The position numbers and the translations under genes are program-made. From positions 800,001 to 864,000 of the forward strand of contig OZ219856.1 in the NCBI GenBank assembly GCA_964291395.2: a stretch of 64,000 nucleotides of DNA, given 5' to 3'. Positions 28,794-38,618 of the stretch are shown here, piece by piece (position 1 is the first letter of the stretch; each line of letters opens with the position of its first letter). The notes beneath the pieces were generated by a model, which saw only the letters and a program-made list of their open reading frames with translations, ran no database searches and was not told the origin of the DNA. Origin of the DNA: Alphaproteobacteria bacterium (lineage in GTDB: Bacteria; Pseudomonadota; Alphaproteobacteria; UBA2966).

Positions 28794-29195
28794 TCAGTCG
28801 ACGACCGCGACGCCGTCGATTTCGACCAGCAGCTCGGGGTAGGCCAGGGCCTGGACGCCGAGCAGGGTGGACGGCGGCCGGTGCTCCGGCGGAATGAACT
28901 CGGACATGACGTTCAGGAGGATGTCCCGGTGCGCGACCTCGTACCCGACGACGTAGAACGTCAGCATGACCAGATCCTCCAGGGCCGCGCCGCCGGCGGC
29001 GAGCGCCGTCTTCAGGTTCCGGAAGGTGTATCGGGTCTGTTCCTCGAGGCTGTCGCCCCCGAGCAGGTTGCGGTCGCGGTCCCACGCCGCCTGCCCGGCG
29101 ACGCGAACCGTCTTGCCCCCTTCGCTGACGCTGACGTGATGATAGAACTCGGTCTGTCTGAGCGAGTCGTGCTTGATGAGCGTTCTGGTCGCCAT
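28794..29195 (-). CDS. RidA/YjgF-family protein
   Basis: VAGQ, EEQTRYTFRNL, PPSTLLGVQALAYPELLVEID. Confidence 0.88.
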   Translation of the reverse strand: MATRTLIKHDSLRQTEFYHHVSVSEGGKTVRVAGQAAWDRDRNLLGGDSLEEQTRYTFRNLKTALAAGGAALEDLVMLTFYVVGYEVAHRDILLNVMSEFIPPEHRPPSTLLGVQALAYPELLVEIDGVAVVD

Positions 29196-29339
29196 GGTCG
29201 CGCCTCCCGCGCTGCGGTTGGTGACGGTCGGGACGGCGGATGCCGCCGCCCGGCCGCGACAGGATGCCGCATTCGGGCGGTGCGCCGCCACGGAGACGGC
29301 GGCCGACCGGCGGCGCCCGGTCTTCGCCGGTCGCGCGGA

Positions 29340-29951
29340 TCACTGGTCGAACGTCGGCGCTCCGTCCGCCAGGTAGCGCAGCTCTTCCTCGGTGGACTCC
29401 CGGCCGAGGATGCGGTTGCGGTGCGGAAACCGGCCGAACCGTTCGACGATATCGTGATGCAGGCGCGCGTAGCGCGCGTTCTCGGCAAAGCGGTCGCGCC
29501 AGGCGTCGTCCGCTTCGGCCGCGAGCGACTCGAACCGCTCGACGGACCGGCGCTGGAGACCGGGGTCCTCGGCATGCTGGAGCGGCATGTACAGAAAGAG
29601 CCGCTCGACCGGGTGCAGGGAGCGGTCCTGTCCGGACTCGATGCCGGCGACGCAGTGGGCGGCCGCCTGCGTGTCGTGCGCGAAGGCGGCCGGGGAGCCG
29701 CGATGGATGTTGCGGGGCATCTGGTCGAGCAGGATCACCAGCGCGAGCCGCCCATGCGGCGTGTCGGCCCAGCCGTCGAGGAGACCCGCCGCCGCGTCCT
29801 CGAGCGGGGCGGCGAAGCGGGCCGCGCACTCGCGGTCGAACGCGTGGTCGGCGCCGAACCACACCGTCCCGCGGCGCTCCAGCGCCTCGGGGCTGGCCGT
29901 CGCGTCTCCGAACCAGAAATCCACCACGTCCTTCGGTACCGTCTCGCTCAT
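29340..29951 (-). CDS. DUF924-family protein
   Basis: VVDFWFG, ILLDQMPRNIHRG, FLYMPLQHAED, RFGRFPHRNRILGRES. Confidence 0.92.
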   Translation of the reverse strand: MSETVPKDVVDFWFGDATASPEALERRGTVWFGADHAFDRECAARFAAPLEDAAAGLLDGWADTPHGRLALVILLDQMPRNIHRGSPAAFAHDTQAAAHCVAGIESGQDRSLHPVERLFLYMPLQHAEDPGLQRRSVERFESLAAEADDAWRDRFAENARYARLHHDIVERFGRFPHRNRILGRESTEEELRYLADGAPTFDQ

Positions 29952-30120
29952 GGCGTCTCCTCCCGTGCCTCCTCCAATCCCGCTGGGGTTGGGCTCGGCG
30001 GTCGTTCCAGCCCACCCCGCGTAGCCGGACGGCGGTTCGGTCAGCGCGCCCGCCGGCAGCGGATCGCGGGGATGGCCGGCCAGCGCCGTGCAGATCAGGC
30101 GTTCGAACTTGTTTCCGACG

Positions 30121-30432
30121 TCACTCGACCCGGATGGGCACCTCGACGATCTCTCCGCGCCGTACCGACGCGATCGCCTGGCTGATTTCACTGGCGCGGA
30201 GACGAACCTGGGACCACGCCGTGGCCATCAAAACAACGACGCCGATTTGCCTGTCCGCCAGGTCTTGCTGGTGGCGAAGGCTCTGGTCGGTCGTCACAAA
30301 GACCTCGTATCCCTCTCGTTCCGCAAGGTCGAGCAACTCGCCGTTGTCCTTGTCCGACCAGCCCTTTTCCGCCAACGTGTCCACGGAGTGCTTTGGGAGG
30401 AGGTTCCGTAGAGGCGCTGGCGTTCCCTGATG
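30121..30432 (-). pseudogene. DUF5615/PIN-like toxin lacking N-terminal residues
   Basis: QGTPAPLR..GWSDKDNGELLDLAEREGYEVFVTTDQSLRHQQ; no partner gene. Confidence 0.7.
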
Positions 30433-30531
30433 CCTCAAGGCGCCGCTTCCGCCCTAAGCGGCTTGGAACCGCCGTCGCGCGCATGCGATACTGCCCGCAC
30501 GTTCGCGCCACAGGACCGGGAAGCCGTGCAT

Positions 30532-31226
30532 ATGCTGAGATTCGCGGAAGAAATGATGCTGCTTCTGCTCGCGCCACAGGACCGGGAAGCCGTGCATATG
30601 CGATGCTTCTGCTCGATGACGAAGGCGGGAAGTTCATCGACGTGCCCACGGTGTCGCTCGAGCATGCGCTTGCCGGCTCGGTTCTCATGGACCTGGCCCT
30701 GGAGCGCCGAATAGATACCGATCCGAAACAACTCTTCGTGGTCGACCCGACTCCGACCGGCGATGACCTGCTGGACCCGACGCTTGCCCGCATCGTCCAG
30801 GCGGAGGAGACGTATGACTGCGGTCACTGGATCAAGGCATCGGCGGTCCATGCCGACGAGATTCGCGAACGCGCGCTCGAACGTCTCGTCGAGCGCGGCA
30901 TTCTGCGGCGCGAGGAGGACCGCTTCATGTGGGTGCTCCCGACGCGACGCTATCCGATCATCGACGACAAGACCGTCCGGGAGGTCAAGCTGCGGATCAT
31001 GGAGGTCCTGTTCAGCGACGAAATCCCGGACGCGCGCGACATCATCATCATTTCCCTCTCCGACGTGTGCGGTATTCTGAACAGCCTGCTTTCCAGTCGG
31101 GAGTTGAAGACCACCGCCCAACGCGTCGATCAGGTCCGCAAGATGGATCTGATCGGCCGGGAAGTCTCGGAGACGGTGTGGGACATCCAGTCGTCCCTCG
31201 CCATGGCCATGGTGCCGATGCACTGA
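30532..31226 (+). CDS. GPP34/GOLPH3-family protein; 5' end disrupted by a 44-bp duplication (possible restart at 30603)
   Basis: MLRFAEEMMLLLL|DDEGG..LAGSVLMDLAL..IDTD..RLVERGIL..TRRYP. Confidence 0.75.
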
Positions 31227-31310
31227 CGCGCGGCGATTCCGCCGCATTTTCTTGGAGAGACACGGGAGGCGTGCCGCGACGGCTGCGCGGTATGGCGGCA
31301 GGCCGGTCGC

Positions 31311-32213
31311 TTACGCGGCGTGGTGTTGGTGCCAGTGGCGGGCGATCTCCTCGCGATGGCACAGCCAGACGTCGGAATGCGCCTCGACGTGATCCAGGAA
31401 GCGGGTGAGGGCGCCGATGCGGCCCGGACGGCCGATCATGCGGCAGTGCATGGCGACGGTCAGGAGCTTGGGCGCCCGTTCGCCTTCGCGATAGAGCCAG
31501 TCGAAGGCGTCCCGCATGTAGGTGAACCAGTCACCGGCGGTGGCGAAGCCCTGTCCCCGTGTGAAGCGGCCGTCGTTGGAGTCGAACGTGTGGCAGATGA
31601 CCAGGTGCCGTTTGCCGTCGACGGTCACCCAATAGGGCAGGTCGTCGTTGATGGCGTCGCAGTCGTAGAGGAAGCCGCCTTCCTCTACGACGAGCCGCCG
31701 CGTGTTGAGGCTGGGCCGGCCGGTGAACCAGCCGAGCGGCCGTCTGCCCGTGAGCCGCTCGATCGTCTCGACGCAGCGGGCGATGTGCTCGCGCTCTTCG
31801 TCTTCCGGCATGCCGTAGTAGTCGATCCAGCGCCAGCCGTGTCCGACGTAGTCGCAGCCCATCCGGGCGGTCTCCTCCGCGACCGCCGGATTGCGCTCGA
31901 GTGCGCTGCCGACCCCGTAGATCGTGAGCGGCAGCCGGCGCTCGGCGAACACCCCGAGAATCCGCCAGACGCCGGCCCGGCTGCCGTACTCGTACGATGA
32001 CTCGACGTTGAGGTTCCGCTCGCCGGGAAGGGGGTGGGCCGCCACCTCCGACAGCATCGACTCCGAGTGCGTGTCGCCGTCGAGAACGGAATACTCGGCG
32101 CCTTCCTCGTAGTTGAGGATGACGTTGAGAGCGAGGCGTGCGCCGCCGGGCCATCCGGGGTCGGGGGGCGTGCGGCCATAGCCGATGAAGTCGCGTTCGG
32201 GTCCGTCCGGCAT
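31311..32213 (-). CDS. Allantoinase PuuE-like polysaccharide deacetylase
   Basis: RDFIGYG..WPGGAR..NYEEGAE, YEYGSRAGVWR, HGWRW, DDLPYW, HCRMIGRPGR. Confidence 0.88.
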   Translation of the reverse strand: MPDGPERDFIGYGRTPPDPGWPGGARLALNVILNYEEGAEYSVLDGDTHSESMLSEVAAHPLPGERNLNVESSYEYGSRAGVWRILGVFAERRLPLTIYGVGSALERNPAVAEETARMGCDYVGHGWRWIDYYGMPEDEEREHIARCVETIERLTGRRPLGWFTGRPSLNTRRLVVEEGGFLYDCDAINDDLPYWVTVDGKRHLVICHTFDSNDGRFTRGQGFATAGDWFTYMRDAFDWLYREGERAPKLLTVAMHCRMIGRPGRIGALTRFLDHVEAHSDVWLCHREEIARHWHQHHAA

Positions 32214-32217
32214 GTCC

Positions 32218-33486
32218 CTACCGCTGCCGTTCGTCCAGGATGAGGAGGGTATCGGCCACGACCTGGGCGCCTCGGGCGATGTCCTCCGGCGTCGCGTTCT
32301 CCCGCTCGTTGTGGCTGAGTCCCCGTTCGCAGGGAACGAAGACCATGCCGCTCGGGCAGATTTCGGCGACGTGGCGCGCGTCGTGTCCGGCGCCGGACGG
32401 CATGTGCTTGTACGAATAGCCTCGTTCCCGGGCGGCGGTCTCGATGGCGTCCGGCACGGCGCCCTCGAAAGGCGTGGAGTCGGCGCGGCGCGTCTCGGTC
32501 ACGCGGACGTCGCAACGGGACCCCGCCTGCCTGCCCACGGGCTCGATCCGGTCACCCAGCCGGGCCAGCGTCGCATCGTCCGGATGACGGATATCGATGG
32601 TGAAGAATACGCGGCCCGGGACCACGGCGAGCGCGCCCGGCGATACCTCGAACCGGCCGATGGTGAAACGCATGATGTCGTCCGGGTCGTGGAACAGCTC
32701 GCGCAAGGCGGTAACGATCCGTACCGCGTCCACGAAGGCGTCGCGGCGCATGCGCTCGGGCGTGGTGCCGGCGTGCGCTTCGTCGCCGATGACCTCGATC
32801 TCGAACTTCCGGGTCCCCTGGATGGCGGTGACGACGCCGATGTCGAGCCCTTCGGCCTCGAGTTCGGGACCCTGCTCGATATGCGACTCGACGAAAGCCG
32901 CCATGGAGGCCCCCAGTTCGCGCGACCCGGCCCAGGGGATGGCCTCGCGCAGGGTCCGGACCGCGCTCTGCATCGTGACGCCGTCCCGGTCCGTGGCCGC
33001 GAGCATGATGTCGGCCGGGGCCGTCCCGACATAGACGGCGGAGCCGAGGTTCGTCGGGCTGAAGCGGGTCCCTTCCTCGTTGTTCCAGATCACGGCTTCG
33101 AGCGGATGCCTGGTGACGATGCCCGCGTCGTCGATGACTTCCAGCGCCTCGACCGCGGACAGCACGCCGGAGATGCCGTCGAAGCGGCCGCCGGTGGGCT
33201 GGGTGTCGCTGTGGGAGCCGCTGGCGATGGCGGGAGCGTCCGTCGAGCCGGGCCGGCGCATGAACTGGTTGCCGTAGGCGTCGATCTCCACCGTGAAGCC
33301 GCGGTCGCGGGCCCATGCGGCCAGCCGTGCATGCACCTCGATATCCGCGGGCGTCAGGGCCGCGCGGTTGACGCCGCCCCTTTGCGTCGCCCCGAGCTCC
33401 GCCATCTCCATGTGGCGGCGCCACAATCGGTCGCTGTCGACGTCGGCGCGTCGGTGGCCGTCGTTCGCCACGCGCTCCTCCCGCAA
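32218..33486 (-). CDS. M20 Zn-dependent hydrolase (allantoate amidohydrolase / N-carbamoylase family)
   Basis: GSHSDTQPTGGRFDG, NEEGTRF, ESHIEQG, HAGTTP, SGAGHDA. Confidence 0.92.
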   Translation of the reverse strand: MREERVANDGHRRADVDSDRLWRRHMEMAELGATQRGGVNRAALTPADIEVHARLAAWARDRGFTVEIDAYGNQFMRRPGSTDAPAIASGSHSDTQPTGGRFDGISGVLSAVEALEVIDDAGIVTRHPLEAVIWNNEEGTRFSPTNLGSAVYVGTAPADIMLAATDRDGVTMQSAVRTLREAIPWAGSRELGASMAAFVESHIEQGPELEAEGLDIGVVTAIQGTRKFEIEVIGDEAHAGTTPERMRRDAFVDAVRIVTALRELFHDPDDIMRFTIGRFEVSPGALAVVPGRVFFTIDIRHPDDATLARLGDRIEPVGRQAGSRCDVRVTETRRADSTPFEGAVPDAIETAARERGYSYKHMPSGAGHDARHVAEICPSGMVFVPCERGLSHNERENATPEDIARGAQVVADTLLILDERQR

Positions 33487-33664
33487 TCGGTTGCCGGTCC
33501 GGCCTTCCTCCGAATCTCCCCTTTCTGCCGTGCTTTTTGCAAGCCCATGCGTCGTCGATCCGTCGGGCCCCGTGACGCCGAAGCGACTTCCGTGTATAGC
33601 AGGGAGTCAGGAGCCCGTGGAATTCGCCGGCGAGTTGAGTCCAACACCGGCAGGGGGACCGCCG

Positions 33665-35338
33665 ATGGCCTACGATCTCGTGATCAGGAACGGAACCGTC
33701 GTTGACGGAACGGGCGCGCCCGGAAAGCGCGCGGATGTCGCGGTGTCGGACGGCAGGATCGCCGAGATCGGCAGGGTCGAGGACGGTGCGGACGAGATCG
33801 TGGATGCCGGCGATTGCGTCGTCGCCCCGGGGTTCATCGATCCGCATACCCATTACGACGCCCAGATCTGTTGGGACGGTGCCGTGACGCCGTCGTCCTG
33901 GCACGGCGTCACGAGCGTGGTGATGGGCAACTGCGGCGTCGGCATCGCGCCCTGCCTGCCCGAGGCGCGCGAAATCGCCATGCGGGACCTCGTCAATGTC
34001 GAGGGCATTCCGTTCGACGTGCTCGACAAGGGAATTACCTGGGACTGGGAGACGTTCCCCGAATTCCTGGACGCCGCCGACGCGCGCAAGCCCTCGGTGA
34101 ACCTCGCGTTCCTGGCGCCCTTGACGCCGTTCCGGCACTACGTGATGGGCGAGGAGTCGATGGAGCGCGCCGCGACCCCGGAGGAGGCCGGGCGAATCGC
34201 CGGCCTCCTCGGTGAAGCCGTGGACGCCGGAGCTTTCGGGTTTTCCACCACCATCCTCAACCAGCACGTGGGGTACGAGGGCCGCCCCCTGGCCTGTCGC
34301 AATGCCGACGACGCCGAGCTGACGGTCTATGCCCGCGCACTGCGCGAGCGCGGCAAGGGGACCATCGAGATCGCCGCGACGAAACGGATCGGGATCATTG
34401 ACGACGACCAGTATGCGTTGCTCGACCTGCTGCTGACGGAGAGCGGCCGGCCGGTCACGTTTCTGGGACTGGTCGATCGCGACGACATCCCCAACGCCGC
34501 CTGGGACACGTTGGAGAAGACGGCGCCGCTGCTCGAGCGCGGTGTGCGGCCGCAGATTTTGCCGCTGCCGCTGACGCGCGAATTCAACATGCGCAACCCG
34601 TTCTCCTTTGCGGCCTTTCCCTCGTGGAACAGGGTATTCGTCGACAAGTCGAAGGAAGGTCAGCGGGCGGCGTATGCCGACCGGGAGTTCCGGAATGCCT
34701 TTCGCGGGGAAATGCTGAAACAGCTCAACTTCTGCGATTTCAATCGGATAACCCTGCACGAGGTCAGGAACCCGGACTTGAAGCGGCTGGAAGGGCAGAC
34801 CGTCACGGAGATCGCCAGGGCGCGGGGAACCGACGAGGTCGACGCCTTCCTCGACGTCACCCTCGAAGACGATGTCGATAACGAGTTCATCTTCACGTCG
34901 TTCAACACCGAGATCGGCAGCATGACCCGCATCCTCAATCACCCGCACGTCCTGATCGGCCTCGGCGACGGGGGCGCCCACGTGGACATGCTGTGCGACG
35001 CCGGCTACCCGACGTTCCTGCTCGGCAAATGGGTGCGGGAGCGCCAGGCGATGACGCTGGAAAGGGCGGTGCAGAAGTTGACCTCGGAACCGGCGGACCT
35101 GTTCGGGATTGCGGAGCGCGGCCGCCTGCGGGAGGGAAACTGGGCGGACATCACGATCTTCGATCCGGAAAACGTCGGGTCGCCTGAACGGAACGAGCGC
35201 TCCTACGACCTGCCGGGCGGCGCCAAGCGCATGTTGCGGCCGTCTCGCGGCATCGAGCGCACCATCGTCAACGGCAAGTCCATTTACAGAGACGGCAAGT
35301 TGGTCGAGGCCTCTTCCGGACGGGTGCTGCGGTCCTGA
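33665..35338 (+). CDS. N-acyl-D-amino-acid deacylase family
   Basis: DLVIRNGTVVDGTG, PGFIDPHTHYD, GNCG, DGGAH. Confidence 0.92.
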   Translation: MAYDLVIRNGTVVDGTGAPGKRADVAVSDGRIAEIGRVEDGADEIVDAGDCVVAPGFIDPHTHYDAQICWDGAVTPSSWHGVTSVVMGNCGVGIAPCLPEAREIAMRDLVNVEGIPFDVLDKGITWDWETFPEFLDAADARKPSVNLAFLAPLTPFRHYVMGEESMERAATPEEAGRIAGLLGEAVDAGAFGFSTTILNQHVGYEGRPLACRNADDAELTVYARALRERGKGTIEIAATKRIGIIDDDQYALLDLLLTESGRPVTFLGLVDRDDIPNAAWDTLEKTAPLLERGVRPQILPLPLTREFNMRNPFSFAAFPSWNRVFVDKSKEGQRAAYADREFRNAFRGEMLKQLNFCDFNRITLHEVRNPDLKRLEGQTVTEIARARGTDEVDAFLDVTLEDDVDNEFIFTSFNTEIGSMTRILNHPHVLIGLGDGGAHVDMLCDAGYPTFLLGKWVRERQAMTLERAVQKLTSEPADLFGIAERGRLREGNWADITIFDPENVGSPERNERSYDLPGGAKRMLRPSRGIERTIVNGKSIYRDGKLVEASSGRVLRS

Positions 35339-35637
35339 GAGTTTCCCTGCCCTTATTGTTGATGGGAAGGCGCCGCGCGCCTCCGGTCACGATTGCATGT
35401 TAGGCGGCCCTCCGGTCCGTGTCCTTCTTCGGCCTGCTTTGCAGATCGGTTTTCGATTTTGATGGAGTGGGCGCCGAACGACGGCGAATCTCGGTAGGGG
35501 CATGAAACAGAATCACCGAAGCTGTTTCTCCCTAACTCCGCCTTGCCGCCCCCGAACAGGCTCGGAGTTACCAGTCTGCAGGCTTCGAGATTGCCGTTCC
35601 CGGAATCGGGTCCGGGGGGAAAGGTGGAGTGACTGAG

Positions 35638-36246
35638 ATGAATGTGACCTTGTACGGCGTTGGCGCCAACCGTTCTGCCCGTTGCCGGTGGGCCCTGGAC
35701 GAGGCAGGTGTTGAATACACCTCGATCGACCGGCATGACTTGTCCGGCCCGGATGAGCTGAAGCAATATCACCCCCTGGCAAAGACACCGGCGGCGGTTA
35801 TCGACGGTCGGACGCTGTTCGAATCCGCGGCTATCTGCACCTACATCGCCGATCGGGTCCCCGCTGCCGATCTGGTTGCCAAGCCCGGCACGATCGCCCG
35901 TGCCGAGCACGACCAGTGGGTTGCGTTCTGCTTGACTGAGATGGAGGCGTGGCTGTGGAACTCCGCCGTCAACACCTTCGTGCTGCCCGAGGAGGAGCGC
36001 ATCAGCGCGGGGCTGGAGCAAAACGCGGAGATGTTCAAACGCAGCGCGTCGGTACTGGACGTCCACTTGGCCCAGCACGACTATCTCGTTGAAGACCGGT
36101 TCACCGTGACAGACATCATCGTGGGATGGTGTTTGAATTGGGGACGCCGTCACGGCCATCTTGACGAGTATCCTGCATTGGGCCGCTATCTGGAGCGTCT
36201 CATGGCCCGCCCGCTGTGTGCCTTGGGAAACACTCGCGTCGAATGA
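35638..36246 (+). CDS. Glutathione S-transferase family protein
   Basis: RSARCRWALDE, HPLAKTPA, LFESAAICTYIAD, FTVTDI. Confidence 0.9.
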   Translation: MNVTLYGVGANRSARCRWALDEAGVEYTSIDRHDLSGPDELKQYHPLAKTPAAVIDGRTLFESAAICTYIADRVPAADLVAKPGTIARAEHDQWVAFCLTEMEAWLWNSAVNTFVLPEEERISAGLEQNAEMFKRSASVLDVHLAQHDYLVEDRFTVTDIIVGWCLNWGRRHGHLDEYPALGRYLERLMARPLCALGNTRVE

Positions 36247-36420
36247 GCGCCAGGGCCTCGCTGACGCGGGATCCCGTGTAGGCGAGTGTCATGCAGAACG
36301 TGCGCGCTTGCCTGCCTTCCCGGCGGCCTCGAGGGAGGCGTCGCGCTCGTCCCTGGTGAGGTACTTGCGCTGCCCTGTGGCGTCGTGGAGTTGAAACGTG
36401 GTCCTCGACAAGTATCTCAC
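36243..36420 (-). pseudogene. Tyrosine recombinase N-terminal fragment, frameshifted
   Basis: LHDATGQRKYLTRDERDA / ARTFCMTLAYTGSRVSEALAL (box I). Confidence 0.7.
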
Positions 36421-37066
36421 TCCGGTGCCGGAAAGGCCCGGCAGGGCCGGGCCGGGAGGCGAATCCTGGCGCATCGCGGCGCGATCGTGAAACAGAATTA
36501 ACAATGGTGTTTCAGGCGAGCCATATTCGGCCGCGCCTCTCCCGAAGCCTGAGTATGCGCTTGCTCATCGAGCGAGGGTGCTCTCACCGCCTACAAGCAT
36601 GTCCGCCGCGATAGCTTGAAGCTTCATTAGCTCAGCACGGTCAGTGCTAGAACATTGGGGCGAGAGAACGGGACTTGGGTACGAGGAACGGTCAGGAGAC
36701 GACTGGCACTTGTCCCGGTCATCTCCCATCACTCGTCTCCCAAGTTCATTTCAAACTGATCACCCCTCACTCGCCTTGTCGCCACAGCCGCCCGACCTTC
36801 TGCCGCCCTCGAACAGCCTCTCCACCTCCGTGGACAGAGCCTTCTTGCCGGCGGTGTCGGAAACTGCCTTCCTCAGCTTCTCCAAGCACGCATGCGCCAC
36901 CGCCATGTGACGGAGGGCACCTGAATCAACCTGGCGGAGGCAGGGCTGGTGTGGCGCCGTCCGGCACGGTCTGGGTCGTTTGTTGGACACCGAACCCGGT
37001 GAGACCAGCTACCCGCAGGGCGGGCCGTCAGGGTCGCGCCGTCTCCCGACCAACGCCCCTCCAGAT

Positions 37067-38095
37067 CTACTTTGCCGCCGCCGCGTTGATTCGATTGAAA
37101 ATCGTGATGCTCAGTGCCTGACCCCGCTGGATCTGCTCGGCGGTCAGGAACCCCTTCATTCTATTGGTCAATTTCACCTCATCGCCACCGCTCATTTCAG
37201 CAAGGTTCGACCAGGCAAAGGCGAGAACATAATCCTGCGGCACGCCATCGCCGCGGTAGTACATGCCGCCGAGATAAGATTGCGCCAAGGCGTACCCCTG
37301 CTCGGCAGCGCGGCGGTACCAGAGGGCGGCTGCCGCATGGTCCTGCGGCACGCCGTCGCCGTGATAGTACATGCTGCCGAGGATGGACTGTGCCAGGGCG
37401 TGTCCCTGCTCGGCAGCGCGGCGGTACCAGCGGGCGGCCGCCGCATAATCCTGTGGCACGCCATCGCCGCGGTAGTACATGCTGCCGAGGTTGGACTGTG
37501 CCAGGGCGTGTCCCTGCTCGGCAGCGCGGCGGTACCAGCGCACCGCCTCTGCTTCGTCCTGCGGTACGCCCCCGCCATTCTCGTACATGACCCCGAGGTT
37601 GGACTGTGCGCTTGCGTGTCCCTGCTCGGCGGCGAGGCGGTACCAGCGCACCGCCTCTGCCTCGTCCTGCGGTACGCCCTCGCCATTCTCGTACATGACC
37701 CCGAGGTTGTACTGCGCGGCTGCGTCCCTCTGCTCGGCGGCCTTGCGATACCAGCGGACGGCTTCCGGGCGATACTGCGGCACGCCCTCTCCCTTGGCAT
37801 ACATGATGCCGAGGTTGAATTGCGCGTCGGCGTTTCCTTGCTCGGCGGCGCGGCGATACCAGCGGGCGGCTGCCGCATGGTCCTGCGGCACGCCCTTGCC
37901 GGCGTAATACATGTAGCCGAGCGTGTACTGCGCCGTAGCGTGCCCCTGTTCGGCAAGCGGACGGAACAGTTCCGCGGCTTGGGCGTAGTCCCCGCGATCA
38001 TAGGCCTCACCGGCTGTCTGCCAGTCCTGCCCAGTTGCGGGTGACAGGGGTAGGATCAGCAGCGTGAGCGCCAGGAGCAAGGGACGAATTGTCAT
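37067..38095 (-). CDS. Secreted Sel1-like repeat protein (7 repeats)
   Basis: Signal peptide; seven 36-aa AQxxLGxMYxxGxGVPQDxxxAxxWYRxAAEQG units. Confidence 0.93.
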   Translation of the reverse strand: MTIRPLLLALTLLILPLSPATGQDWQTAGEAYDRGDYAQAAELFRPLAEQGHATAQYTLGYMYYAGKGVPQDHAAAARWYRRAAEQGNADAQFNLGIMYAKGEGVPQYRPEAVRWYRKAAEQRDAAAQYNLGVMYENGEGVPQDEAEAVRWYRLAAEQGHASAQSNLGVMYENGGGVPQDEAEAVRWYRRAAEQGHALAQSNLGSMYYRGDGVPQDYAAAARWYRRAAEQGHALAQSILGSMYYHGDGVPQDHAAAALWYRRAAEQGYALAQSYLGGMYYRGDGVPQDYVLAFAWSNLAEMSGGDEVKLTNRMKGFLTAEQIQRGQALSITIFNRINAAAAK

Positions 38096-38111
38096 GGCAC
38101 GTCCTGCATTG

Positions 38112-38585
38112 TCATTCGCACTTCCCGACCCACGCGTGCATACCTGGGACCAAGCCTGATTTTTGAGACACGAGAGAGAATACCTTCCTGTCCATGTCCA
38201 AGAGATAGAGTTCGGTTGCGTCTGCCCAGACCACCAAGATATGGCGCACATTTCCCACTCTGTTCACCTCAAACACAGGAGCTCTGTAGTCGCTGGCGCT
38301 CCTGGTCCAGTTTTCTCCCTTAAGGTCTTTGCCTTTGATGATCACATCGAGCGCGTCGCCGGACTTCATGAAAATGAAAGTGCTCTTTATCTCGGCCTCG
38401 GTCCATTCGGCATCAATTGAGCCGTCTTCAAAGAAGTAGCTGTGCCCGGAGAGCGAGCCGCATGAAGCTAGGATTTCCGCCTGAGCCGAGGCCGACGCGG
38501 TCATTACCACTGCGCCTAGGATCCCGAGTAGCCTTGTCACCATTCGCTTCCCCATCACGCGCTTAATCATTGTCATAAAGGACAT
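38112..38585 (-). CDS. Hypothetical secreted protein
   Basis: Signal-like ASAQA; terminal Cys; start may be 38543. Confidence 0.65.
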   Translation of the reverse strand: MSFMTMIKRVMGKRMVTRLLGILGAVVMTASASAQAEILASCGSLSGHSYFFEDGSIDAEWTEAEIKSTFIFMKSGDALDVIIKGKDLKGENWTRSASDYRAPVFEVNRVGNVRHILVVWADATELYLLDMDRKVFSLVSQKSGLVPGMHAWVGKCE

Positions 38586-38618
38586 TATGTTGAGTACTTT
38601 TTAGGGCCTTCAGCCCCC

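Noticed and set aside
32552-34981. 809-aa minus-strand ORF
   Set aside because: Antisense or alternative-frame shadow of the deacylase and M20 genes with no motifs
35530-35573. attC-like hairpin CCCTAAC...GTTACCA before the GST gene
   Set aside because: Only 44 bp, R' box mismatched, no integron integrase or second site
36672-36910. Long imperfect hairpin plus LEKLR-containing ORF suggesting a DGR Avd
   Set aside because: Similarity too weak; no reverse transcriptase or TR/VR pair in the window
37200-37960. 108-bp periodic repeats as a CRISPR array
   Set aside because: They are coding Sel1 repeats without unique spacers; no cas genes
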